Assembly (NCBI RefSeq): GCF_028368995.1
Contig: NZ_JAQNDL010000004.1
Location: forward strand, 224,001 to 288,000
Direction of reading: 5' to 3'
Length of the DNA: 64,000 bases
Source: Nannocystis bainbridge
GTDB lineage: Bacteria > Myxococcota_A > Polyangia > Nannocystales > Nannocystaceae
This document shows positions 19,983 through 27,920 of the stretch, one piece after another (positions within the stretch are counted from its first letter, which is position 1; each line of letters starts with the position of its first letter). The position numbers were made by a program, and so were the translations under genes. Under the pieces are notes generated by a model. The model saw only the letters and a list, made by a program, of their open reading frames with translations, had not been told where the DNA came from and did no database searches.

Positions 19983-20792
19983 CTACCGATCCTCGAGGTC
20001 GCCGTTGCCGTACGGCTGCTCGATGTCGTGCACGCCGTCGAAGCTGATATCCATCAGCACGACATTCCCGCGCCGAACTGCGAGGTTGTCCCGCCCGTCG
20101 CCATCCCAGTCGCCGACCAGATATTCGTCTTCCGCGTTGCCGTTGCCGAACCCCTGATCGAAGTCGTGCACGCCGTCGAAGTTGAAGTCCATCAGCACGT
20201 GGTTCCCGCGCCGAACTGCGAGGTTGTCCCGCCCGTCGCCATCCCAGTCGCCGACCAGATATTCGTCTTCGCTGACGCCGTTACCGTACCCCTGGTCGAA
20301 GTCGTGCACGCCGTCGAAGTTGAAGTCCATCAGCACGTGGTTCCCGCGCCGCACCGCCAGGTTATCCCGCCCGTCGCCGTCCCAGTCGCCGACGAGATAC
20401 TCATCCTCCGCGCTGCCGTCGCCGTACCCCTGGTCGAGGTCGTGCACGCCGTCGAAGTTGAAGTCCATCAGCACGTGATTCCCGCGCCGCACAGCCAGGT
20501 TGTCTCGCCCGTCGCCGTCCCAGTCGCCGACGAGATACTCATCCTCCGCGCTGCCGTCGCCGTACCCCTGGTCGAGGTCGTGCACACCGTCGAAGTTGAA
20601 GTCCATCAGCACGTGATTCCCGCGTCGCACCGCCAAGTTGTCCCGCCCATCGCCGTCCCAGTCGCCGACCTTGTAGCGGGTCTTGTCGCGTCGCACGCGC
20701 CCGTCGGAGTCAGCAGCAGCGTCGGTGGCTGTGAAGCCCATGCCGCTCGTCAGCGACAGGGAGAACAAAACGGTCAGGGTACTTTTCAACAA
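19983..20792 (-). CDS. Secreted protein made of five near-identical 46-aa FG-GAP/VCBS-like repeats (probable beta-propeller)
   Basis: Signal peptide, then 5 x YLVGDWDGDGRDNLAVRRGNHVLMDFNFDGVHD(L/F)DQGYG; 138-bp DNA period. Confidence 0.85.
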   Translation of the reverse strand: MLKSTLTVLFSLSLTSGMGFTATDAAADSDGRVRRDKTRYKVGDWDGDGRDNLAVRRGNHVLMDFNFDGVHDLDQGYGDGSAEDEYLVGDWDGDGRDNLAVRRGNHVLMDFNFDGVHDLDQGYGDGSAEDEYLVGDWDGDGRDNLAVRRGNHVLMDFNFDGVHDFDQGYGNGVSEDEYLVGDWDGDGRDNLAVRRGNHVLMDFNFDGVHDFDQGFGNGNAEDEYLVGDWDGDGRDNLAVRRGNVVLMDISFDGVHDIEQPYGNGDLEDR

Positions 20793-20931
20793 CGTCTACA
20801 CCTCTGGTCCGGGAGAGTCTTATCGAGCCTTCCAGTGCGTCGAGCGAGCGCCCGGACGACCCGTGTTTGCAACGACAGCGCCGTTCGAATCCACACGCCG
20901 GACATCGCCCGATGCCGTGAACCCTGGCCAG

Positions 20932-21018
20932 TTCAGGCCGCATCGCTCGACCGAGCGCTCGGCCGAGCAGGCGATTCAGGCCGCATCGCTCGACCGAGCG
21001 CTCTGCCGAGCAGGCGAT
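20932..21018. repeat. 43-bp tandem duplication
   Basis: ttcaggccgcatcgctcgaccgagcgctc…gccgagcaggcga occurs twice. Confidence 0.75.
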
Positions 21019-21193
21019 CATAGCGACGGATGATTCGCGGGTCGCGCCTGGCCGCAACGGCAGGCGACCGAGGTCAGTGGAGGCAAATCCTTGGTCTCAC
21101 TGTCAGTGGCACGCTTGCGCAGTCGCGCCCCCCCTGCACCGACCATGCGGCGGCGCGACGGTGGGCGCCCGCTCGAGCGCGACTTGCGAGCGT

Positions 21194-21300
21194 AATCTGT
21201 CTCTTCGGACATTCTGGGCGATGCTCCCGGGCGGCAACCTCCGGGGCTCGCGGGCATTAATCGGTCTCTTCGGACATGCTGGGCGAAGCTGCCGGGCGGC
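21194..21300. repeat. ~65-bp-period duplication, each copy carrying a degenerate 14-bp palindrome
   Basis: aatc(t/g)gtctcttcggacat(t/g)ctgggcga(t/a)gct(c/g)ccgggcggc occurs twice. Confidence 0.7.
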
Positions 21301-21430
21301 GCTCAGGCGGGGCCACGACGTTCTTCTCGGGCGGGCGAGGGGCGGCGCAGTGGGACGCAGGGAGGGGCCCCATGCCTCACGCGCAAGCGCGGGATGCAAC
21401 GCCGGACAGGCCCCGTCGCACCTCCGCGCC

Positions 21431-21533
21431 GAGCATGTGGCATGGCAGGTCTCCCGTCGCGACGGGACCCGCTGCGCCGCCCCTCGCCCGCCCGCTCGAT
21501 AATCTTCGCGCCCCGCCTCCCACGGACGCGCGA
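21431..21533 (-). repeat. Right copy of the ~100-bp imperfect inverted repeat
   Basis: Reverse complement of 17451-17551. A 22-bp partial copy at 21329-21350 can also pair locally with 21472-21493. Confidence 0.75.
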
Positions 21534-21869
21534 TGACATTCGCGCGACGACCGCGAGGCGAACCCAGCAGCTCGCCAGCAAGACATGCGGTGCCCCGCTC
21601 GACGATCCTCGTGTCCGCCTGCGAGCCGTACCCCGACCCTTGAAGGCCGCGTGCGCGGCGGGCCACGAGTCGCCGGGTCCCGGGCGGGGTGACGGAGCTC
21701 CGGGGAGTGCAGTGACCGGCGCGGCAGGATCAATTGCGGGGCGCGAGGATTCGCCCGGGATGGCCCCGCGGCGGCAGCTGCGAGTTTGCTCGGGGCGGGC
21801 AATTGAACGTCGTCCGTCGCCCACCAGGAACTCGAGAGGTGGACCAGTCGCGTGGGCCGGCTTGATTTC

Positions 21870-22217
21870 ATGACGCGAACCTTGACCGTATTTGTTGCTT
21901 CGCTGGGCCTCACGGCCTGCTCCACGAACGACGAGACCGCCTCGGCGACGGAGACGTCCGCCGACACGATGGCGACGGTCACCGGCGACGGGCCGGGCAC
22001 CGAAGGAGGCTCGGAGCCGACGGCGGGCGGGCCGACCACGGAGAGCGGTGGCTCGACGGCGGGGGACAGCACCGCCACCACCGACGACGAAGGGATTCCC
22101 ACCGGGACCTCGGTCGCTCTCGCACCCTTGGCGGACGCGGGAGAGCAACATGGCTGGAAGGACATGTCGCCCTCGTCGCCGTGGGTCGGCTTGCGCGGCG
22201 GCTTCAGGGCTTCTTGA
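21870..22217 (+). pseudogene. Lipoprotein N-terminus (lipobox plus Thr/Gly linker) with no C-terminal domain; probable truncated remnant
   Basis: MTRTLTVFVASLGLTAC plus a low-complexity linker. The protein loses family-like character near the ggacatgtc motif at ~22160 and overlaps the convergent gene. Confidence 0.5.
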
Positions 22218-22782
22218 CCGTGACCCCGCGAGAGATCAGCCGCAAGAGGGCGTTGGGCTCGATGTTGCGCGGCGTCGCGGTGAGCTGCCGGAGCGCTGGC
22301 AAGCTCTCGAGCGCGGCGGCGTCGGTGCAGCGGCCCGTGAGGATCAGTTCGGCCAGCTTCGGGTGGCCGCGCAACGGCCCGAGGTCGAGGTCCTGGGGGC
22401 GATAGCCGTGGCCGTAGAGCGAGAGCGAGGTGAGCGCGCCGAGCCGTTCGATGCCCGCCAGCGAGTGCAGGTCGTAGGGACACGCGTCGTCGCTGCCGAC
22501 CTCGAACCCGAGGGCGCGATCGATGAGCCTGTAGATGTCGTTGCTGTCGTCGAAGTCGAGCTCGGTGATGCGGGCGACCTCGGCGGGGTCGAGCGGGAGG
22601 GCGTGTACGCGGGCGATCGCCGCGTGGGCGCGAGTGTCTTCGTCGCCGTCAGGGTCGAGGTCCGCCAGCGCCCGGACGATCGTTTCGACCTCGATCGCGC
22701 CGGCGCGGAGCAGGGCGTCGACGACGGCGAGGTGCAAGCCAGGGTCGGGGAATGGGCCGGCGGACTCCGTTACCTCGGTCAT
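22204..22782 (-). CDS. DUF6892-like / short leucine-rich-repeat protein
   Basis: FPDPGLHLAVVDALL…ITELDFDDSNDIY…DLHSLAGIERLGALTSLSL, followed by LRR-like LxxLxLxG repeats. Confidence 0.7.
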   Translation of the reverse strand: MTEVTESAGPFPDPGLHLAVVDALLRAGAIEVETIVRALADLDPDGDEDTRAHAAIARVHALPLDPAEVARITELDFDDSNDIYRLIDRALGFEVGSDDACPYDLHSLAGIERLGALTSLSLYGHGYRPQDLDLGPLRGHPKLAELILTGRCTDAAALESLPALRQLTATPRNIEPNALLRLISRGVTVKKP

Positions 22783-22852
22783 GGCCGCGATCGCATCACA
22801 TCGGCCGGCGACGGGCAACCCGGCGCCCACGCGGGCTCCGCTCGATGGAGCA

Positions 22853-22922
22853 TGCCTGATCGGACATGTCCCCGGGGACATGCCCCATCGAGCATGTCCC
22901 CGCGGGCATGCCCCTCAGGTCA
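22853..22922. repeat. Five head-to-tail 14-bp palindromic units
   Basis: tgcctgatcggaca | tgtccccggggaca | tgccccatcgagca | tgtccccgcgggca | tgcccctcaggtca. Confidence 0.85.
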
Positions 22923-25900
22923 GGAGACGGCCTTGCGGAGGGCCAGGTAGGCGTCGCTCAGCATCCACACGCACAGGTCCTGGGCGTTGCGGCTGAGGAC
23001 GATGCGCTGCTTGATGTTGCCGTTGGCGAAGCCGTCGAGCAGGCAGGCGGCCGACAGGACGCCGGCGACGTCGCCGGACAGCAGCAGGGCCATGCGCAGG
23101 TCGGTGGTGAGGGTCGCGCGGGCGGTCGCGGCGGGCTCGAAGTGGTGGCTCGAGAGGGCCTGGCAGACGCGCAGGAGCGGGCGACGCTGGCGGCGGGGCA
23201 GGTTCTTGCCGAGGTTGTTGGCGACGTCGCGGAGGCGGCGGGCGTCGGGGTCGGCGGTGATGGCGTTGAAGACCTTCGTGACCTCGAAGCTGGCGGCGAT
23301 CATCAGGTCGAGCTCGACCGGGACCAGCGAGCGCACGCGGCCGCCGCCGAGGGCCCGGCGGGCCAGGGCGAGGGCTCCGAGGCCGCGCCAGCTGATCGGG
23401 TCGCCGCGCAGCCACAGGTTGACGCCGAGGCGGAAGGTCGGCTCCTCGCCCTCGTCGAGCACGGCGACGGTGTTGTTGATCGAGGTGGCGCGCATGGCCA
23501 TGTCCTCGATGCCGAGCAGGCGACACCACTGCTGCAGGTTGTTGCGGATGGCGCCGGTGTCGACGTTGGGCGGGACCGGCACGGTCTCGTCGCCGTTGAG
23601 GCCGGTGAACTCGGGGAACATCCGGTCCATCGCCGTCTCGACGCAGGTCAGCAGGTCGTTGATGTCGGGCAGCTCGCCCGGGGCGAACAGCAGCTGGCGC
23701 AGGGCCGGGGTGGCGAAGGCGGCCTGCAGGCCCTGGGCCGAGGCCGGGCGCATGAAGCCGTCGGGCAGGCCGATCGACTCGCCGGGCTCGAGCGCGTGGA
23801 CGAGCAGCCGCGCCATCTGGGCCAGGCCGGGGTTGGGCCGGTTGGCGACCTCGGCGAGCAGGCGGATGTCGCTCGGGTTGAGGGCGCCGCGGCCGATGCC
23901 GCCGAGCATGGCGAGCCGGATCGGCTCGAGGAAGGTGCTGACGCGCTCGGTCTGGCCGAGCCGCTCGAGCAGGCGAGTGAGCAGGAGGATGGTGGTGCGG
24001 TTGCCAGGCCCGAGCTCGGCGGCCCGCTCGACGGCGGCGAGCGCCTGGGCCTCGCGACCTGGCACTTCGGCCAGCAGGCTGGCGCGCCGGAAGTAGAGCT
24101 CGTGCAGGCGATCGGGGTCGCGCTCGCGGGCGCACAGGCGATCGAGCAGCTCGGCGGCCTCGGCGGGCTGACCTGTCCGTTCGAGCAGGCCGGCCATGAG
24201 GGTGATGGCCCGCGGGTCGTCGCCGCGCGAGGCGAGGACGATGCGGCCGTGCTCGAGCGCGCGAGCGAGGGTCTCGGGGGCGCGCGCGAGGTAGCCGGCG
24301 AGGATCAGGCGCAGGTCGACGGCGGACGGATCGGCGGGGTCGTAGAGCGCGAGCAGCTGCTCCATGACGCGGGCCGACTCGGCCTCCTTGCCGAGCTGCT
24401 GGTAGCAGCGCACGAGGCCGCGGAGGGCCTGCTTGCCGTCGGGCCGGGCCTGGGCCGCGACGGTGAAGTAGGCGAGCGCGTCCTCGTCGCGGGGGCTCTG
24501 CTCGCCGAGGTAGACGCCGAGCTCGTAGCGCAGGCCGGCGTCGCTGATCCGGCCGAACACGGTGCGCAGCAGGTCGAGCGCGGGCTTGGGCTCGGGCAGC
24601 TGGCTGGCGAGGGCGCGGGCGAGGCCGATGGCGTCGCGGTAGTGAGGATCGCGGCCGAGGATCTGGCCGAGCAGGCCGAGCGCGACCTCGGCGTCGGCGG
24701 GCTTGCCGGTGTTGCCGGCCCGCACGGCGGCGTCACGCGCCTCGGCCATGAGGGTGTGCACGCTGACGGCCTTGGTCTTGGGCGCGGCCGACTCGCGGGC
24801 GGCGCCGGAGGAGACGCGCTGGAGGCCGAGCTCGGCCGGGGCGAGCGAGGGCATGGCCCGCAGGGCGGCGCGATAGGCCCGCTGGGCCTCGTTGACGGCG
24901 CCGGCCTGTTCGAGCAGCTCGGCGCTCTCGAGGTAGAAGATGGCCCGCTCGCCGTCGCTCTGGGCCCGCACGGCCCGCGCGCCGACGGCGTCGGTCATGG
25001 CCAGCGGGTTGTTGGGATCGGACAGCAAGCCCTCGAGCAGGCGCACGGCGTAGGGGTTGCCGGGATCCTCGCGCAAGGCGCCGAGGATGGCGTTGGCGGC
25101 GAACTCGCGATCTTCGGGGGCGGCGGAGCGCAGCAGGACCTCGGCCGACTCGACCAGCAAGGTGGCCTTGTAGTGGGTGTCCTCGCTGACGCGCGCGAGC
25201 CGGAGCCGCTGGTTGGGCAACGACTCGGTGTCGCCGACCTTGCGCAGCAGGTTCTTGTACTCGCGCAGCAGGATGGCGTCGTCGGGGGTGTGCTCGATCG
25301 CCTCTTCGTAGTTGCGCCGGGCCTCGTCGAGGTTGCGCTCGGCGAGGTGCAGGCGGGCGAGGTGGACGAGCACGCCGGCGCGCGCCGGGCCGGTCAGGTG
25401 CTGGCTCTGATCCTCGAGCAGGCGCACGAGGTTGGGGACGTCGCGGTTGGCGACCAGCAGCCGACGCGCGCGCTCGCTGGCGAGGCCGTGCTGCGGCTGC
25501 ACGGCGAGCGCGGCCCGGTAGTGCTGCAGGGCCCGATCCTCGTCGACGAAGGCGGTCTCGGACTCGGGCTCGTCCTTGCGCGCGAGGGTCTCGGCGAGCA
25601 GGCCGAGGCGGTAGTGGTAGTCGGCCAGCAGCGCGGGGCTGTGCGGCAGGTCCTGGGCGCGCAGGAGGTCGTAGGCGTCGCGGACGCGGCCGTTGGCCGA
25701 GAGCAGCTGCAGCAGGGCCTCGCGCGCGGGCACGAGGTCGGGGTTCAGGCGGTAGGCGCGGCCGAGGTAGTCGATCGCGCGGTCCATGTCGCCGACCTCC
25801 TCGAAGCAGATCCGGCCGGCCTTGAGCGCGAGCACGGCGGGGTCGCTGGTGGGGTCGACCTCGGGCTCGTGCAGGCGCAAGAGGTCGTCGAGGTCGCCGC

Positions 25901-27920
25901 TGTCGCGGTAGATGCGGGCGAGGGCCCGCAGCGCGGGGGTGTAGCCGGGCGACAGCGACAGCGCCCGCTCGTAGGCCTCGCGGGCCGCGGCGCGCTGCTT
26001 GAGGTGGAACTCCTGGGCCTCGCCGAGCTCGACGAGGATCGCCGTGCGGGCGGTGTTCTCCTCGAGGCGATCGACGAGCAGCTGCAGGGTGCCGATCAGC
26101 ACCGGGGTGCGGCCGTGGGTGCGGCACAGGCCGGCGAGCTGGTAGAGCGCGAGCACGTCGTCCTGATCGAGCTGGGCGATCTCCTGCAGGGTGGCGATCG
26201 CGAGGTCGACGTCGTGGAGCTCGTTCTCGGCGATGGCGGCGATCCGGCGCAGCGCGGCCAGCCGCTCGCTGCCCTCGGACGACTCTCGCGCCTGCCGCTG
26301 CAAGGTGGCCGCGGCCTGGGCCCAGCGCCGCATCTTCTCGTAGACGCTGCCGAGCGCGCGCAGGCAGTGGGCGCTGCGCGGGTCCTCGGCGACGGCGAGC
26401 TCGTAGACCTCGGCGGCGCGCGGGAGGTTGCGCTCGAGCTCCTCGTGGACGAAGCCGAGGCGCACGAGGATGGCGGCCCGCTCGGCGCCGTGCGGCTGGT
26501 GCTGGGCCCACTCGGTGAGGTGCGAGACGAGGCCGGCGATGTCGCCGGTGGCCCGCAAGATGTCGGCCAGCGCCTGCCACACCCAGCGCTGCTCGGGCAG
26601 GTGAGTGCGCACGAACCGGAGGTCGACCTCGAGCAGGCGATAGGCGGCGGCCTCGTCGTCGGTCAGCGGGTCGGGCTGCAGGATGTCGTCGTCGCCGGTG
26701 TCCTGCAGGCGCCGCAGGGTGCCGTCGTCGCTCATGGCGCTCTGACGGGCGGCCAGCGGGGTGGCGAGCCAGCGCATGCGGGCGATCTGCTCGCGCACGA
26801 TCGCCTGCTCGCGGGTGTCGTCGAGCAGCGGCGCGAGGCGGGCCAGGATCTCGAGGTAGTTGGGGTCGGGCTCGTGGCCGGGGTGACGCGCGAGGGCCTG
26901 GCCGGCGAGGGCGTAGGCGAGGGCGTCGAGCAGGCCCTGGGCGGCCGACTCGTCGGTGCTGCGGTCGAGCCAGGCGCGCACGTCGGCGAGCAGCGGCGCG
27001 GGCACGGGCTCGCTGCCGAGGACGACGACAGCGAGCTGCAGGGCGGTGGCGGCGGTGATCGGATCTTCGGCGAGGCCGGCGAGCCGGCGGTACAGCTCGG
27101 ACAGCGCGGTGGGGGTGCCGCCGCCGTCGTGGCGGATGGTGCGGATCAGCCGGCGCAGGGCGGTGGCGTTGTTCGGGTCGTCGGTGTGCGCGAGCTCGAG
27201 GTAGCTCCGGCGCTGGCGCGGATCGTCGGTGACGTGGGCGAGGTCGAGGCGCCGCGCGGAGCGCAGGCTGGCCATGTCGATCTTGCGGACGTTGGTCGAG
27301 AGCAGCCGCTGGGCGTCGGCGTGGCGCTTGAGCAGGATGGCGGCGTCGACGGCGAGGGCGACGGCGATCGGGTGATCGGGGACGGCGAGCAGCGCGGCCT
27401 GGTAGCTGGCGTAGGCGCGGCCGACGTCGCCGGTCGCGTCCTCGATGCGCTGGCCGTGCTCGATCCACGCGGCGGCGCGCATGGGCGCCGGATGACTGTC
27501 GTCGCTGGCCTCCTGGAACAGCTCGGTGAGCTCGGTCGCGAGGTCGGCGCGCACGGTGACGACGGCGGCGGCGGCCTGGCGCACCGCGGGGCTGCCGTTG
27601 GTCAGCGCCTCGTCGCCCTCGACCAGGCCGAGGCGCTCGCGCTGGACTCGACCTGTCTCTCCGGTCAGGGCGGCGCGCAGGTCGGGGCTCTGCTCGCGCG
27701 CGGCCTCGGCGGCCAGCACGTCGGCGAGCAGCCACCAGTCGACGGCGGGCAAGGCGAGGGCGCCGGGGGCCAGCGGGAGGTCGAGCGGCCAAAAGGCGTC
27801 GGGCAGGTCGAGCAGCGAGGGCGGCGGGCCGCTGCCGGTGACGCGCTCGGCCGGGGCGGCGCCCAGGTCGAGCGGGCGACCGCACTCGTCGAGAGGGAGA
27901 GGCTTGCGCGGGCCGGTCAT
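22920..27920 (-). CDS. Giant TPR-repeat protein (~1666 aa), myxobacterial AgmK-like architecture
   Basis: True start MTGPRKP at 27920 with an ATGA overlap to the upstream gene. Many TPR motifs (AAREAYERALSLSPGYTPALRALARIY) and a non-TPR C-terminal domain. Confidence 0.88.
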   Translation of the reverse strand: MTGPRKPLPLDECGRPLDLGAAPAERVTGSGPPPSLLDLPDAFWPLDLPLAPGALALPAVDWWLLADVLAAEAAREQSPDLRAALTGETGRVQRERLGLVEGDEALTNGSPAVRQAAAAVVTVRADLATELTELFQEASDDSHPAPMRAAAWIEHGQRIEDATGDVGRAYASYQAALLAVPDHPIAVALAVDAAILLKRHADAQRLLSTNVRKIDMASLRSARRLDLAHVTDDPRQRRSYLELAHTDDPNNATALRRLIRTIRHDGGGTPTALSELYRRLAGLAEDPITAATALQLAVVVLGSEPVPAPLLADVRAWLDRSTDESAAQGLLDALAYALAGQALARHPGHEPDPNYLEILARLAPLLDDTREQAIVREQIARMRWLATPLAARQSAMSDDGTLRRLQDTGDDDILQPDPLTDDEAAAYRLLEVDLRFVRTHLPEQRWVWQALADILRATGDIAGLVSHLTEWAQHQPHGAERAAILVRLGFVHEELERNLPRAAEVYELAVAEDPRSAHCLRALGSVYEKMRRWAQAAATLQRQARESSEGSERLAALRRIAAIAENELHDVDLAIATLQEIAQLDQDDVLALYQLAGLCRTHGRTPVLIGTLQLLVDRLEENTARTAILVELGEAQEFHLKQRAAAREAYERALSLSPGYTPALRALARIYRDSGDLDDLLRLHEPEVDPTSDPAVLALKAGRICFEEVGDMDRAIDYLGRAYRLNPDLVPAREALLQLLSANGRVRDAYDLLRAQDLPHSPALLADYHYRLGLLAETLARKDEPESETAFVDEDRALQHYRAALAVQPQHGLASERARRLLVANRDVPNLVRLLEDQSQHLTGPARAGVLVHLARLHLAERNLDEARRNYEEAIEHTPDDAILLREYKNLLRKVGDTESLPNQRLRLARVSEDTHYKATLLVESAEVLLRSAAPEDREFAANAILGALREDPGNPYAVRLLEGLLSDPNNPLAMTDAVGARAVRAQSDGERAIFYLESAELLEQAGAVNEAQRAYRAALRAMPSLAPAELGLQRVSSGAARESAAPKTKAVSVHTLMAEARDAAVRAGNTGKPADAEVALGLLGQILGRDPHYRDAIGLARALASQLPEPKPALDLLRTVFGRISDAGLRYELGVYLGEQSPRDEDALAYFTVAAQARPDGKQALRGLVRCYQQLGKEAESARVMEQLLALYDPADPSAVDLRLILAGYLARAPETLARALEHGRIVLASRGDDPRAITLMAGLLERTGQPAEAAELLDRLCARERDPDRLHELYFRRASLLAEVPGREAQALAAVERAAELGPGNRTTILLLTRLLERLGQTERVSTFLEPIRLAMLGGIGRGALNPSDIRLLAEVANRPNPGLAQMARLLVHALEPGESIGLPDGFMRPASAQGLQAAFATPALRQLLFAPGELPDINDLLTCVETAMDRMFPEFTGLNGDETVPVPPNVDTGAIRNNLQQWCRLLGIEDMAMRATSINNTVAVLDEGEEPTFRLGVNLWLRGDPISWRGLGALALARRALGGGRVRSLVPVELDLMIAASFEVTKVFNAITADPDARRLRDVANNLGKNLPRRQRRPLLRVCQALSSHHFEPAATARATLTTDLRMALLLSGDVAGVLSAACLLDGFANGNIKQRIVLSRNAQDLCVWMLSDAYLALRKAVS

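Noticed and set aside
22862-22871. Array junction GGACATGTCC equals a p53 consensus half-site
   Set aside because: It arises automatically when two TGTCC-N4-GGACA units abut. Isolated copies keep the N4-spaced form, so I treat the resemblance as coincidence.
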